This document shows positions 25,901-39,001 of a DNA stretch of 64,000 bases, piece by piece. The stretch spans positions 1,426,001-1,490,000 of the forward strand of contig NC_090602.1 in NCBI RefSeq assembly GCF_000497125.1, given 5' to 3'. Made by a program: the position numbers and the translations under genes. The notes beneath the pieces are model-generated. The model had not been told where the DNA came from. It did no database searches and worked only from the letters and a program-made list of their open reading frames with translations. The stretch comes from Spironucleus salmonicida (taxonomy: Eukaryota). The number at the start of each line of letters is the position of its first letter. Position 1 is the first letter of the stretch.

Positions 25901-28900
25901 TTACTGCCATCCTATATATCTTTGGTTAAAGACTCACGTAGATTTAATAAAACAATGGATATTGCGATTGAAGATTTAATTTAAGAAATGAAACCAGAAA
26001 TTTGGACTATTTTAATTTCAAATTATGAAAAATTTAATGATTAAATTGAAAAATCACAAGAGACAGATTTTAAGAAAACATTAATGTAATTTGTGGAAGT
26101 AATATCTTAGTAGTAATAACAAAATCCTACTTATTTATAAAAAATTATAGCTCTAAACTAAGATTTTTTATTTAAATCAATAAATATTTTCACACTATTC
26201 CATGTCTTAAGCGAGTAAAATATAGCAAATTCATGTTTTTCTTAATGTCTGGAGAGATTTACTTCTTTGAATTTATTAGGTTATCTTAATATTAGTTCTA
26301 ATACTGATTTAACTACTAAGAAATATAAATTAATTCATCCATGGTAAGAAACTTCATCATATACTTATTTATACTAAACATTTTAATCTGTTATTACATA
26401 ACTTTGCTTAACTTCAGGTAGAAGCGAGTAAACATAAGCTTTAACTAGCACAGCTTTTTAGAATAAGTTTGCAAGAAAGTTATTTTATTTTATGAAACCA
26501 CTTGTAGTTGATCATAAGATTTTTGTTCAAAAATTTCCATTTACAAAAGTTCTTTAAAAATTTATAAAGAAACTTCCAGCGTAAGAAACTATTGTTTATT
26601 AAATAGAATAGTTTTTACTTTAAAATAAGATGAAAAGCTTGTACGATGCTGGGCTCATATCTGCAGGTATTTATGAAACCAATAGTTTTTTTAATGCTCA
26701 TATCATCTAATTATATTCATAGGCTGCCACATAATATGAACCAATGCTACTAATTGTTGTTTACTAAATGCTAATGTATATTTTAAAGCTAAAATAAAGA
26801 AATGCTTCTATTGTTTAACTATAAATTTAACTTACAAATGGAGAACCATAAGATATATTCGATATACTTAACAGAGATTCGATTTATAATTTCAAATCCT
26901 ATTTTATATCTATAATTAATTAATTTTTGTCCTAAAAAATTTCCAAACCAAATGGATCATAACATTCTGTACATAAATAACATTCTCAGGATGATTTAAT
27001 TTCTGAAGATATAGCAGATGAAGAATTTATTGAATAATAGGTGGATTCATCTGAATCTAGTGAAAATGATTCAAATGATGAACTTGAAGATAATAATCAT
27101 TTCAACGGCTTTTAAAATCAGGCAGTATCGAGTATAAGATTTCCTATTATAGAAATAAAATTAAATACGAATTCAGGATCCAATTAGTATAATATGCTGA
27201 TATAATTACTCTCAACTGTTTCTTAATATAAAGTTATGCAAGCAGATTAGTTTAAGATAGCATTTTAATAAATGGGTAAAACAGATGAACAGTTATAAAA
27301 TGAGGATATGGACGATGATATATCTGCTTATTCAAAAGGTTCTAAAGCATCGTCTGCTTAATCTGGATCTGTTGCGCATTCCAATTACAGTAATTTCGAA
27401 TAAACAGCAAATTATGACAAACTTATGTATACCAGTTTATCTTAATAATAATTACTATTTGTTAATAATTTAAAGCATGATAGAAAACTAATATTAGATG
27501 TTTAAAATATTTTAAACATGTTGACTACTTACACTCATAATTCAAACAGATAGCATAAAAAGGCATAAAGTTAGCTTAATTCTGATTTAGTATAATATAT
27601 AAAAAATTTTGTTCAGGAACTATAAAATTTATTGATAATTGATGATGATGCTATAGAATATTTAGTTTTGCTTTAAATTTTCAGGTTTGCTATTCTAATG
27701 TCTCTAGGTATTAAACCATCTTTAGCATTTAATTAAGGTACATATAATAAAAATACAATGTTATTTAATTACAATATTTAATCGTTTTTCACAGGTATTT
27801 GTTTATAATCAGGTTTATAGTAATTTTAAAATACATCTAAATTAAAGGTAGGTATTATGTCAGCAGAATTTACATTAAATGGGTTCCCATCATTTCTAGG
27901 TTAGCGTTGTCAATAGTATAACTAGCTAAAAGAGGAAGAAGATATATTAATATCCGATGTTATATCTGGAAATTAATTTCCAGACAATAAAGAGCAGGTA
28001 AAAAATTATATATAAGATCCTTAAGATGTTATTTTAATTTTGCCGAAATCATTTTTGTAAAAAAAATCATATTCATAATTTTCACTACAATCCACATTAT
28101 TGTCATCCCTCTAAAATAGTTCATTCGTATAGTTTTTATTCGATTAATAGGAATTATAATCTATTCTCAAACTATTATCTATAGGGTTAGATTTGTATGT
28201 AGAGCTAGATAATAAATCTTTTTATGCGTTATTATCACTGACATTCTCTATTATTATAGTTGATGATTTACCATCCTAAAAAACAGATGAAATTGGGAAC
28301 TTTAAATTTAATTAATAAGGCATTAAATCTTTTGGCTAGATACCAAATATTTTAGAATAATCTGTTAAGTATTTAAATAGCTAAAATTATAATAAAACGT
28401 AGAATTTATAAAATATGTCTCATGTGTAATTTAATACAATTAACTATTAAGCTGGAGATTTACCACACCTTTTTAATGTCAGTGGATGTGTGCTGCCAGA
28501 AGACAGTCCAATTTTTGAATAATTTTAACATGGATATCCCTTTATTATTTAATAGTTTTGTCATATTACTATAAATTTATTTAATACATTAATTAACTTT
28601 TGCAAATAAAATACTTTAAACTTCGTGGAGTTCACATAGCTTGCTTCAAATATAGTTAATTTTTACACTAAATAAATATTTGAGTTCTTTTAAAATGCTA
28701 ATTATTTGTTTTTAATTTATCATTATTATGAAGCGTTATCATCTCCTTTATAAAACAAACCATAGTTAGTAGATTCATTATAAAGTTGTCAAGACTTGTA
28801 AAAATAAATCTCTGAAGAGCTTATTAAATATAAATCAGGAGTATAAGGTCAATATTTTGATTTTTATTTCCTTAAAAACGTGCAGAAAGTTTTAAAATAT

Positions 28901-31900
28901 GATAAAATCAAATATATGAATCAAAAATCAAAATAAACAGATTTTGATTCTTAGCTACTTATTTCAACTTTTGAATCATATATTATTAGAAATTTACTGT
29001 ATACTATTATTGAAAAGATAAAGCCTAAATATAATTATTACCAAACTATTGCATAATCTTCATATATTGATGGGATCATTTGTGCATGCTATTTAGTATT
29101 TTAATAATCAAATATTTTAAATGATTAAATGTTATTTAATTAATTAAGGCGAATGAAATTTAGCCATGTGTTTGGCTAATGTTAGCATATTATTTAAAAT
29201 ATTAACGTCACTGATAATATTAACGAAATAAATGGAAAATACGACTATTTATTAGTTTATCTAATTAGCTAATGTCAGGAATATGGATTTACAATTGATG
29301 TATAGTAAAATCTTTCTTAATAATCTTTATTCGGATAAATTACAAAATTCGAGAAAATTAACTATACTTAGAACAAACCGTTAATAGTTAATGGTGGATT
29401 TTCATTTTCACGATCCATTTAGCATCAAATTTATTAAATTGGAATGTTTAATTATCCGATTATAACCTTTATGTAACAATTACATATTCCAATTTAATAC
29501 AACGATCCTGTATACGAATAATTATATAACATCGCATTCATGAGCCAGAAATTGTTTAAAACAACATTTTTAGTTAATGAATCTCTGTTGCTTATTACTG
29601 CATGTGTATTAGAGGTTATTAAATTCTCAGATACCGCCAGGGAGGAATATTTACGTCTAATTTAAATGACGTTAGATGAATAAGATTTATTAGGGAAGAA
29701 ATCTATTGCACAAGATATTGCCAAGAAACTTCTTATAGTAGATTTATCTGCCCCATCTAAAGAATTCCAACAAGCATTAGCCAGAGCCATCTCAATTTCA
29801 GATTCTATAGTTTCTTTTACTAATTTTTCAGATAAAGCTTCGAATTCAAATCTGGTTATATTACGGAAATTCTTGTCTCTTAGGGGAAGAAAAGTTATAT
29901 AGAAGAGATAAACTATTTTAATTGGTCTATAAACTACTATTACAAACTAAGCATTACATAAATATAAAATTGTTATTGGATGTAATAAAGAAACCCTACA
30001 ATAAACGCTGCAGCGAGCAAATATGGATACCCAAGAGTTTTTAGATTTATTTTCAAGCTTGTACTAGGATGATAATGTTGATATTCAAAGCTAGTAAATC
30101 TTTATTACAACCTAAAATCTCATAAAAAGTGTTTTCTCAAATCAGGCAACAATTAGATATAAAGTAGAGAGACACTACCAGCTAAATACGCAAATCATGG
30201 AGACTATTAAAATATTTAAGGAAAAGGTCAAAAAATATTTTAGTCATTTCGTATTCGATGCTGTAAATCTAACAGTTTAAGAACAGGTTCCAATGAGTGT
30301 TCTCATGCAGAATTAAGTTGAGCCAGAGGAGGAGGAAAACGATGCTAATATCGATGATTTCGACTTCTCACAGCGCATAAATTCGCTTATTAAAGACGCT
30401 GACACGATTTTGAGCACATCAATTAAGTCATCGGCGTACGTCTCTGCGAACAGCTCCCAAATCCAAGACCTGCAGGACATTCTTTCGTACATTTAGGACA
30501 TTGACACCAGCGTGCACTTCCAGGATACCGTCCAGCTCAATCAGGACATCGACATTACACAGAAGATCGTTTTGAAGGATTTCGATTACCCAATTAACGC
30601 AAAAATCCAGGCAGCGCGCGTTATCCAGCAAATTGGTTAACCGTCCTGCTAGCAGTTCGCGCTTGCGATCCAGTTCATTATCTCGCTTTTCGAGAACTAT
30701 GCGAGTCAGAAACTGCAGTTTATGAGCTTCCTGGGCCAGGATTTCATCGCAAATATCTGCGGCCACATCACGTCCCAATGTGACCTGCTCGTCACGAATT
30801 CGCTGGCAGTGGTGGCGCAAAATCCTAGCTAAATCCAAGCGCAGCCGCAGCTGAAGGGGATGGTGCGGGCGACGCAGATCTACCCTATCGTGTACGCGCT
30901 GACAATCAAAAAGCAGCTGCTCATTGAGTTCTTCATTTTTGCAGTTCTGCCGCAGGTCCTGAAAATCACATCGGCGATGACGGAGCAGAAGTACCAATTC
31001 GCCCTCTTTTCGTACATCAATATGGTATTTTTCTCGTTTATGCAGTAGGAGCGCCAGATAACGTCATTTGACGAAATTCGCGAATTCGTGCAGCAGTACC
31101 TGTAGACTACGCAGCTTAATCAGTAGACGGAGCTGTAATTCTGCTTCGCACAGCAGATTCGACTCATGTTTTCTAACAACTCAAAATTTAAGTTACAGAG
31201 CTAGAAATAGTTGCAGCAGTTCAGGGACATTTTGCCGTCAGTGGTAACACTTTCCACCCGGTTAGAGCAATATTGGATCAAACTGGCTAGCCTGTCATAC
31301 AATAATATTATTTATAACATTTTGCCATGGTTTTTAAAATATCATTCCATTTTCGTCTAGTTAAGTCAGTGTCAAAACATATTTGCGGGTATAGTAGTTT
31401 ATTGGTAGAAGACTCAGTGTGTGACAATTTCATAAATGTTAGGTAAAATTTAGATGTAAAAGCCCAAAAAGCTTATCGAACAATAGACTAGTTAGACTTA
31501 ATTATTAGATGGCGAAGAGTAAGAAGAAAACAGCGAGGATATCGTTGAGGAAGAGGATCAGTAGGATGAACCAGCTTTGATTAAAGATAGAATTACGCTT
31601 ATTTTGGATAGATAGTAGAAATCAGATAGACAGATTTCAAACTTACCGTAAAAGTTACAAATACCAAATCCTGATACGATATTTGCAGCATTTTTGATTG
31701 GGAACTAGCTATAACCGCATCTTTTATAGGATAATCTTACCCTTTATACACATTTAATTTATGGTATTTTAGACTTGTAAAAGTCAATTAGTTTGGAGAT
31801 AGTAACTAATCACTCAAGCGCGTCAATTCACAATATTGCTACAGGTTTAATTAAAACTTGCTAACTGACTACATAGACAGAACGATAAAGAGTTTTAGTT

Positions 31901-34045
31901 AAGTTTTGGTATGATATTTAGGCTCATTTTGAGGTAATTATGAAAATTTTATCGCCAAATATAACATATAATGACATAAATCACCATTAGGTTATTATTT
32001 CAGATTAAATGTTTACAATTGCAGAGTTCTTTAATACTATTTCTATCGAATACCTCAAATATTTCTAGAAGATAAAGCTACTTATGGTTTAGGATGAGTA
32101 TGATTCTTCTAAACATTATTAATAATTAATTAAGATAGGATCCCCATAAAATACAGTTTTCATAATTTATTATGACAACGCAATTGATATAAATTCTTTA
32201 TTATCTTTTGTTTATGATAGCTCTGATTTGTAGGTATTTACGAGTATTCCACTAATATTTACTAATAAGCTTACACTATAACAATTAAGAGATATGATTT
32301 CGGTTATTAATATAGACCCAACTTATAACCTTTAAGAGCTTTAAAACATAATATCCTTTATTAAAAATAAACAAACAGTATATCCATATCATACACAGCT
32401 CCCTATAATTATAACAATTCCTACAAATACGCACAGATATTCAGCTTCAAAAAAGTATATACAATAGTTTAAACAATTAATAACATAGTTAATTTAGTTA
32501 AGTGATCCTTATATAGCATAAATACGATAGTCAGATACATTGGATAACTCGTTTAGACATATTTTGTCATTATTTATGTTAGAATTATTTGATATGTAAA
32601 CAAAGAATATAAAAATTGACACTAAATATTAGAATAATCAAATTCTAAGCTATATTTTAATAATTTCTATTATTAAATTATAATTTGATATTCCAGATGT
32701 AGAAATATGCAAAGTGTTTAGAGATCCACACTAAATGAAACACCTAAACTAAATTCATTCTGTGTCTGTGGTAAATTAATATGATAGAATCAAATAGAAA
32801 TTGGGAGATTCTAACTAATATTAATAATAAATATTAGAATATTTCTTGTAACCTTAAGTGTCTAGTAAATCAAAGTCAGTAAATATTTACGAAGACGATT
32901 TTGATATTTTTGATGATTTTGAATAAGATCTAGAGGAAGTTATAATTGTGGAATAACAAGAGGAAGAAATAAAAGATGAAGAAAATCTTAGTGACTGGGG
33001 AAATTTCTCAGATTATGAGATAGAGGAAGAGGAAGACATATAGGAATAAGAATTGATTGATGTAGGATAAAGCAAAGAATAAAATTTCTATTTAAATTTA
33101 ATAACATAAATAAATATGTTTGAAACATAAAATGAAGTCTAAAAAATAATTGATATTAACTCATTTGAACATTAAGTTAAGTAGATTCTCATTTAAGGAT
33201 AAAGAGTAATTTAAATAAATAATTAGAATCAGATTTAGTAAATTATTCTTTAAAGATAAACACAGTCAAATCAAAAAGTAGATAATTGTTTAAATATCTT
33301 TAAGTAGTTAGATAAATTTTTGCTCTAGAAACGAGCAAAATAAAATATTAGAATGTTCAACAACATAGAAAGTATTAGAAAGACTTCGTTTAATGAAGTT
33401 AAAAGTATAGAAAAGCAAATACCGAATCTTCTAAAGAGCTTTTTAAATTATATTACTCAACCGGCAATGGAATCCTTTTCTCTTTAAACACCACCAGAAA
33501 TTATGTTTTAAAAATTTATTTCATATTAACTAAATACTCCAATTGATGCTGTAATAGGTACATAAACTTTCGGAATTTTTGATGGCCAATGGATATTTAA
33601 TATTAATACTTTTAAATTCTGCTTTAATGAAATTCTATTATTTATTAAATTTAGGGATGCTTACATGCGCTAGATATATTTATGTGATATTTAGTTAATT
33701 TTTATCAGCAATAAATAACATGGATTCCCTAAAGTGGAAGATAATGAATTAATATTATCAGATACTCATGATGACGTTCGAAATACTGTATTCAGAGACT
33801 TTATTTTAATAAATGGATATATAGATCCAATCTTGAATATGATTACTCATGATTCACCTGAAGCTAAGAAAGGGTTTATTGATACTGCTGAACTTTACGT
33901 ATACTCAGTAGTTGCAAAAGAAGAGATTCTACGATGTTAGGGCTATGTTTAGGTTCCACTAAAAATAATTGATACAATTATATGCTAAGTTTTTGTTAAA
34001 TCTGAATCTGCATTAGATGGAATTCTAATATCGACTATGGAGTGA
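16925..34045 (+). CDS. Giant, highly divergent dynein-heavy-chain-like protein (5706 aa)
   Basis: Every TGA in 17.1 kb was checked by hand and none is in frame until GAG TGA at 34043. Remnant motifs occur in DHC order: ILDDHLMK and YLNNALLLKQKDVPIRF (linker), AAA4-like FIFLDDERIALSTLIACCFMSPSTFCLKGQKYSGKTTLIK, coiled coils, AAA5-like KTTFLVNESLL...AREEYLRLI, AMTEQKYQFALFSY. The ORF is certain; the family is inferred. Confidence 0.65.
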
Positions 34046-34073
34046 AATATAATATATTTATTTTACTTTCAAA

Positions 34074-35432
34074 ATGTCTTAATTCTTTCCCGTCAATTAC
34101 TAAGCAAAATATGCATTAGATTATGAATAAAAATCAATTAAATCAAAAATTAAGACATAACATTATGAAAGAGAAGTATTCGAAGATAAAGATATAGTCA
34201 CAATTAATTAATATTTTGATATATTTTCAAAAATTTATAACAGGACATTTGATATCACAACTATAACTAAGTTAAAGGTTTATCTAACATAATTGTAAGA
34301 ATAATTGCGAATTTAATGCAACTTAGAGCAACCTATCACAATATATTAATTTTTAAAAAATAACTATACGGCTTCATTATAGTTTAGACTAAATGCTACA
34401 TTTGAATATTAATCTGTTTTTAATTAATTACAGAAATTTTTCGTCACTGAATCTCAACTTAAAGATATTAAAAAATGTTATAAATTAACTTTACATTATA
34501 GGGTAGATAGTCTAATATTAAATATGAGTTATCATCTCATGAAGTTTTTACAATAGTTTAGTGACTTAAATACAGATCTTATAGGGTTATCCAAAAAATT
34601 TTATTAAAGGAATGACATAAATTCAGACAACTCAGATTCATATGTAGTAATGAAAGATATGACACATTATCCTTAAAAACACATTGACGAAGGAAACATA
34701 GTATAATTGTTTAATGATATTTATAAGCCTAATGTCAAATGTTTGTCATCATCTGATATGCTTAAAGAAGTAAAACTTCTTCATGCTGAAATTTAGAAAT
34801 TAGGTAGTTTTGTTACAATTAAGTAATATATCATTTCAAAAACATAGGTTTCTTGTGACTGTTGTTTTAAAATTAAGAATTTAATAATAAATAAATCAAT
34901 TGAAAACCTTTAAAAGTATATTTTAAATGAATAGTTTCTATCAGATGATGTTAAAAATATAAGTATGACCTATTATAGATTATGTTGTGAATTTTTATAA
35001 ATATTTTGCATGTTTAGAACATATTTAGTTAAATTAAATAATCTATAATAAGATAAAGATTTAGAAAATACCTCTGTATTTGATTTACTGTAAAAAATAA
35101 CTCGCACTAAGTTAGAAGTTGATATCATAGATAATTATAATATAAATCTATAACCAGAATATTGTAATGATATTACAAAAGAGCAATCGACGTAACAAAA
35201 TATTTTATAAGATATCATACCAGATCCAGAATATTATACTCAATAATAATAAATATAATTAAATGAATGCTGTTGCTAAACTGAAGACATTTTAATTGAA
35301 TCTAGACATAATTAAGAGTTTAATTTAGAATTAAGAGTAAATAAATTATAACATGATGTTAACATCATTAAATAATAGCAAACTTCCATATTAGACATAT
35401 TGTAATTAGTTTTGGAATAAATAAAAAAGTGA
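34074..35432 (+). CDS. Hypothetical protein (452 aa)
   Basis: MSQFFPVNYQAKYALDYEQ...VLEQIKK*. Starts 28 nt after the previous stop; ends AAG TGA. Confidence 0.72.
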
Positions 35433-35463
35433 ATTTTATACATTATATTAATATATTTTTTCT

Positions 35464-35470
35464 TTCCGCA
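35464..35470 (+). promoter_or_regulatory. Candidate promoter motif TTCCGCA, 3 nt upstream of the CYB5D1 ATG
   Basis: tctTTCCGCAtaaATG; shared with the LC8 and 11172 genes. Confidence 0.35.
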
Positions 35471-35473
35471 TAA

Positions 35474-36160
35474 ATGCATACCCATACATTTTTTACTCCA
35501 AAAGAGATAAAGGAACATTGCACTCCTTCTGATTGCTGGGTTTCAAAGTTTGGTAAAGTATATGATTATACCAATCTTATTAAAAGGTCCCCAGCAAAAT
35601 TAGTTGAAGCATTATCGCGCTCGGCTGGAGAAGATGTTTCATCTTGGTTTGATCCAACAACTGGAGATTTTTACAAAATTTCTAATCCATTAGACGAAAA
35701 TGATCGTTATCGCTTACCCTTAGGATTACCAACACTTCATACAGCTGATGTATATTCTCCTATTTAATAAGAGATTGACCATCAGCCGATCACAACAGTA
35801 GATGCAGCATCACCCACTGTAGAAAATCCATGGTGGAGAGATCAATCATATTGCATTGGAAATTTAACAAAAAATGCCAGAGAAATTGATATACTGAACA
35901 GTCTTACTAGCTAAAAACATAGATTAGAAGTTGCAGATGAACTTACCATTGCTGAAATTGCTGGAAGATATAACAGATTTAACTCAAATTGTTTGACTGG
36001 ATATTAGTGGCGATTTGACGGTTAGCCATTGAAAATGGATGATACCTTAACAAATAATAAAATCATGGATGAAAGACCAATATTTTTAAAATTAGGATGG
36101 CCTTAGGATTAGTGGCATATTCCATGCATAATTTTAGTTTGGAAGGACGAATGTATGTGA
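35474..36160 (+). CDS. CYB5D1: Cytochrome b5 domain-containing protein 1 (radial spoke), 228 aa
   Basis: FFTPKEIKEHCTPSDCWVSKFGKVYDYT...AGEDVSSWFDPTTGD...PWWRDQSYCIGNLT...ILNSLTSQKHRLEV...YQWRF...LKMDDTL...IPCIILVWKD. Matches the CYB5D1 b5 plus ubiquitin-like layout. Confidence 0.9.
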
Positions 36161-36170
36161 TATTTTAATT

Positions 36171-36569
36171 TCACTCATATGCCATTAAAAGCGTCGTATA
36201 AGACCCAGATCCACCATAATTTTCTAAAATTTCATATCTTAAAAATTATGATTCTGCTTAAACATCAAATATCCATTCACCAGGGCGTTAGGTTAAAGTT
36301 TAAGAAGTAATAACTTACCACTCATTCTATATTTTGGCATAAAACTTAATAACCTTAGGGTTTTGATTATTTTCACCATGTAAAAATAATCCTATTTATG
36401 TAATTTTAGATACTTTTTAAAGTTCAAAATCAATATGTTAAGGTAATGGAGCATATGCTGAAGAAAACCAACATATCGAAGGGTCTCTTTATAATAAATT
36501 ATCTATACCACAACCGTGGTGATATTAAGAAGTAAAGTCTAATACTTTTGCTGAGTTGAATAAATTCAT
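36171..36569 (-). CDS. Galactose-binding/discoidin (F5/8 type C)-fold protein, IFT25-like fold (132 aa)
   Basis: FTSQY...DNLL...CWFSS...LPQHIDFEL...NPKVIKFY...FLRYEILENYGG. Confidence 0.75.
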
Positions 36570-36630
36570 TATTCAGGAAAGAAATAAGAACATATAACTC
36601 TTATTATTATATTATATATACATTTAAATA

Positions 36631-38994
36631 ATGATAGAATGGCCAGTTCCTATTGTGCTTGAGGAGTTTACTTTTGACGAAGACCTACTTTTAATGTCTA
36701 CCTATTTTACAGAAAATGAATAAACATTACATGCTTAACTTTTAAATAGATACCAGCAAGCCCATTAGAAGTTTCCATAACAATATCCAAAATCACTATA
36801 ATTTAATAAAAATTCGAATATCTTGAATCATCGACTGACAAATTTACTTTTAGATAAATAATACAATAATTATCGAGAGGCAATCGTCAGATCACTTAAT
36901 GTGGTTGAAAAAGATGAAGAAATACTATTTGATGATTTTGCTTAATCTTACATGCAAGAGAGAGCAGCTCTAGCAGAAGATGCTAGAATGTATGGAAAGG
37001 ATAAACTCAAGGTTACACTTGGAGGTCCAAAAGCTCCAACTTATTAAATGCGCAGAGTTTAAGTTTGCTCTTGTTCAGATCTATTAACAAGAGAGGCATT
37101 AGCAGCAAATGATCTGCTATAACAAGAGGAAACAGCACTGTTAGTTTATCTTAATGATGAGGAATGCCGCTGCCCAGTGCCACATACACCAAACCATATT
37201 TCACCTTAACTTTTCGAAAAATTTCTTTTATTCACTCGTCACCCGTTTATAGTTCAAGAATTAGCCAACATTGATGAAATACTTGAAGATCATAGTAACA
37301 AATCTGAATTTTTATTACAATCAATATTGGATATGTTAGTCGGAAAAAGAAAATAGAAAATTAATATTTTAGAGGAGTGGAGAAACATTATGGAGTCAAA
37401 AGTAGTGAAAGAAGTACTAAAAGAATTTGAATTAGCGATTCAGGCTATAAAAGGGAAATATGAGAAACTACTTCAGTCGGTTTTGAACAAATTAAACGAT
37501 AATTATTCAGAAATTTTAGTCAATATTATGCAATTTTATGAGAATTAAATGAAAATTTGCACCGAAAAGGTATCAGTTTTCTCTAAAGTGTAATTACAAA
37601 ATGATAATATCATAATAAAATAAAAACACTTAACTAACATAAATACTGCAATATTTTAACCGTTTCAGATATTACCTAATTTGCTGACGTCTGCACTTGC
37701 GTTAGAGAGCGATAAATTTATAGATGCTTGTATTGTGAATATAGCACTCAATATTGACTAATAAGAAATATATGGCAGTTTTATTCTAAGTGAATGTTAA
37801 TTGATTACACCAGAAATTTGTCGCAAAATATTATAGAAAATTTAGACCTAAAAATTAGGTAATTATTATAAATAAGCTATTTCAAATGGAAGCATTAAAT
37901 TGGAAGACTTTTAAAGTGAAAATTTCCAAAAAGAGATTATTACTTATTCACAGAAGAATGTAAGATATAACTCTTAGTTAATGCTTAGTAAAGAAAAAGA
38001 AAAAGAAGATATGACGATTACGATGCTGTAATATTAATAAAGTACTTAGAGCAATTCAAGTTTCGAAAGCTTAAATAATGTACCATTAAGAAACTGTCTG
38101 ATACCATTTGAATACCTAATAGAGGAAGTAAATGCAAGAAAAGTAGTGCTTAAATAAGAATATTCCAAATTATCGGAACAAAATTTGAAGGATTTAATTA
38201 ATTAAGGTTAAGAAGCATTTCCTGAACTTTTATAAGAAATATTAGATGAAAGAATATAAATGTTATTAAGTAAAACTTATAATAACATAAACTCAAACCA
38301 GTTAGTTATAAAGTATGATAAATCTTATTCATTAGATCCATCTTTGTCTTAAGCAACAGTTTCTTTAAGAAATTAGTTTATAAGGATATAACCAAATAAG
38401 TATTTAACAAATAAATCATAATCTAAGATTTATGTGGAGATATTGTTAAAAGATATCAAAGAAGCAACGGTAAATTTGGGTATCTTTGATGAAAATAATT
38501 AGGATTAATTGGTATATATTACGTCAGATGGGTATGTTTAAACTATGACAGAGAAGAAATATCTTGGCTTCGAACTTCCTGAAAATTGTATTATTTCCAT
38601 TTTAGTAGATTGTTATGCTTAAATAATTGAATACAAAAGTAATGGGTAACGACTTTAGTGTAGCGATGGGACATTATTAGAAGTAATTTCATTTTAACCC
38701 ATGGATTAAAAATTAAACAATAAGAATAAACTTTCTAATAAAGGGTTTTTAAATGAAGAAACTTTATAAAATTTTTTAGATATCTATAACATCACTTAAA
38801 AGTCAAAGGATAGATAAAATGTATAGGAAATTCAAAACTAAGCAAATAAACTTGACAATAGGAATGAAATAGAATTCTATATTGGAGCAGAAGTATATAA
38901 GTATGGAAAACAAGATATTAGCGTTAAATTTTAATTTGGCGAACCATATTTGTTAAAGTGTCCTGCAGGATATGGAAGTAACGGGTGGAAGTGA
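36631..38994 (+). CDS. Hypothetical protein with coiled-coil segments (787 aa)
   Basis: MIEWPVPIVLEEFTFDED...KCPAGYGSNGWK*. Start and stop are in frame; internal segments spot-checked as open. Confidence 0.8.
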
Positions 38995-39001
38995 AATTAT
39001 A

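Noticed and set aside
30428-30997. 189-aa minus-strand ORF in the track
   Set aside because: It is the codon-for-codon antisense mirror of the giant ORF inside the GC-rich island, has a non-ATG start and shows no recognisable motifs.
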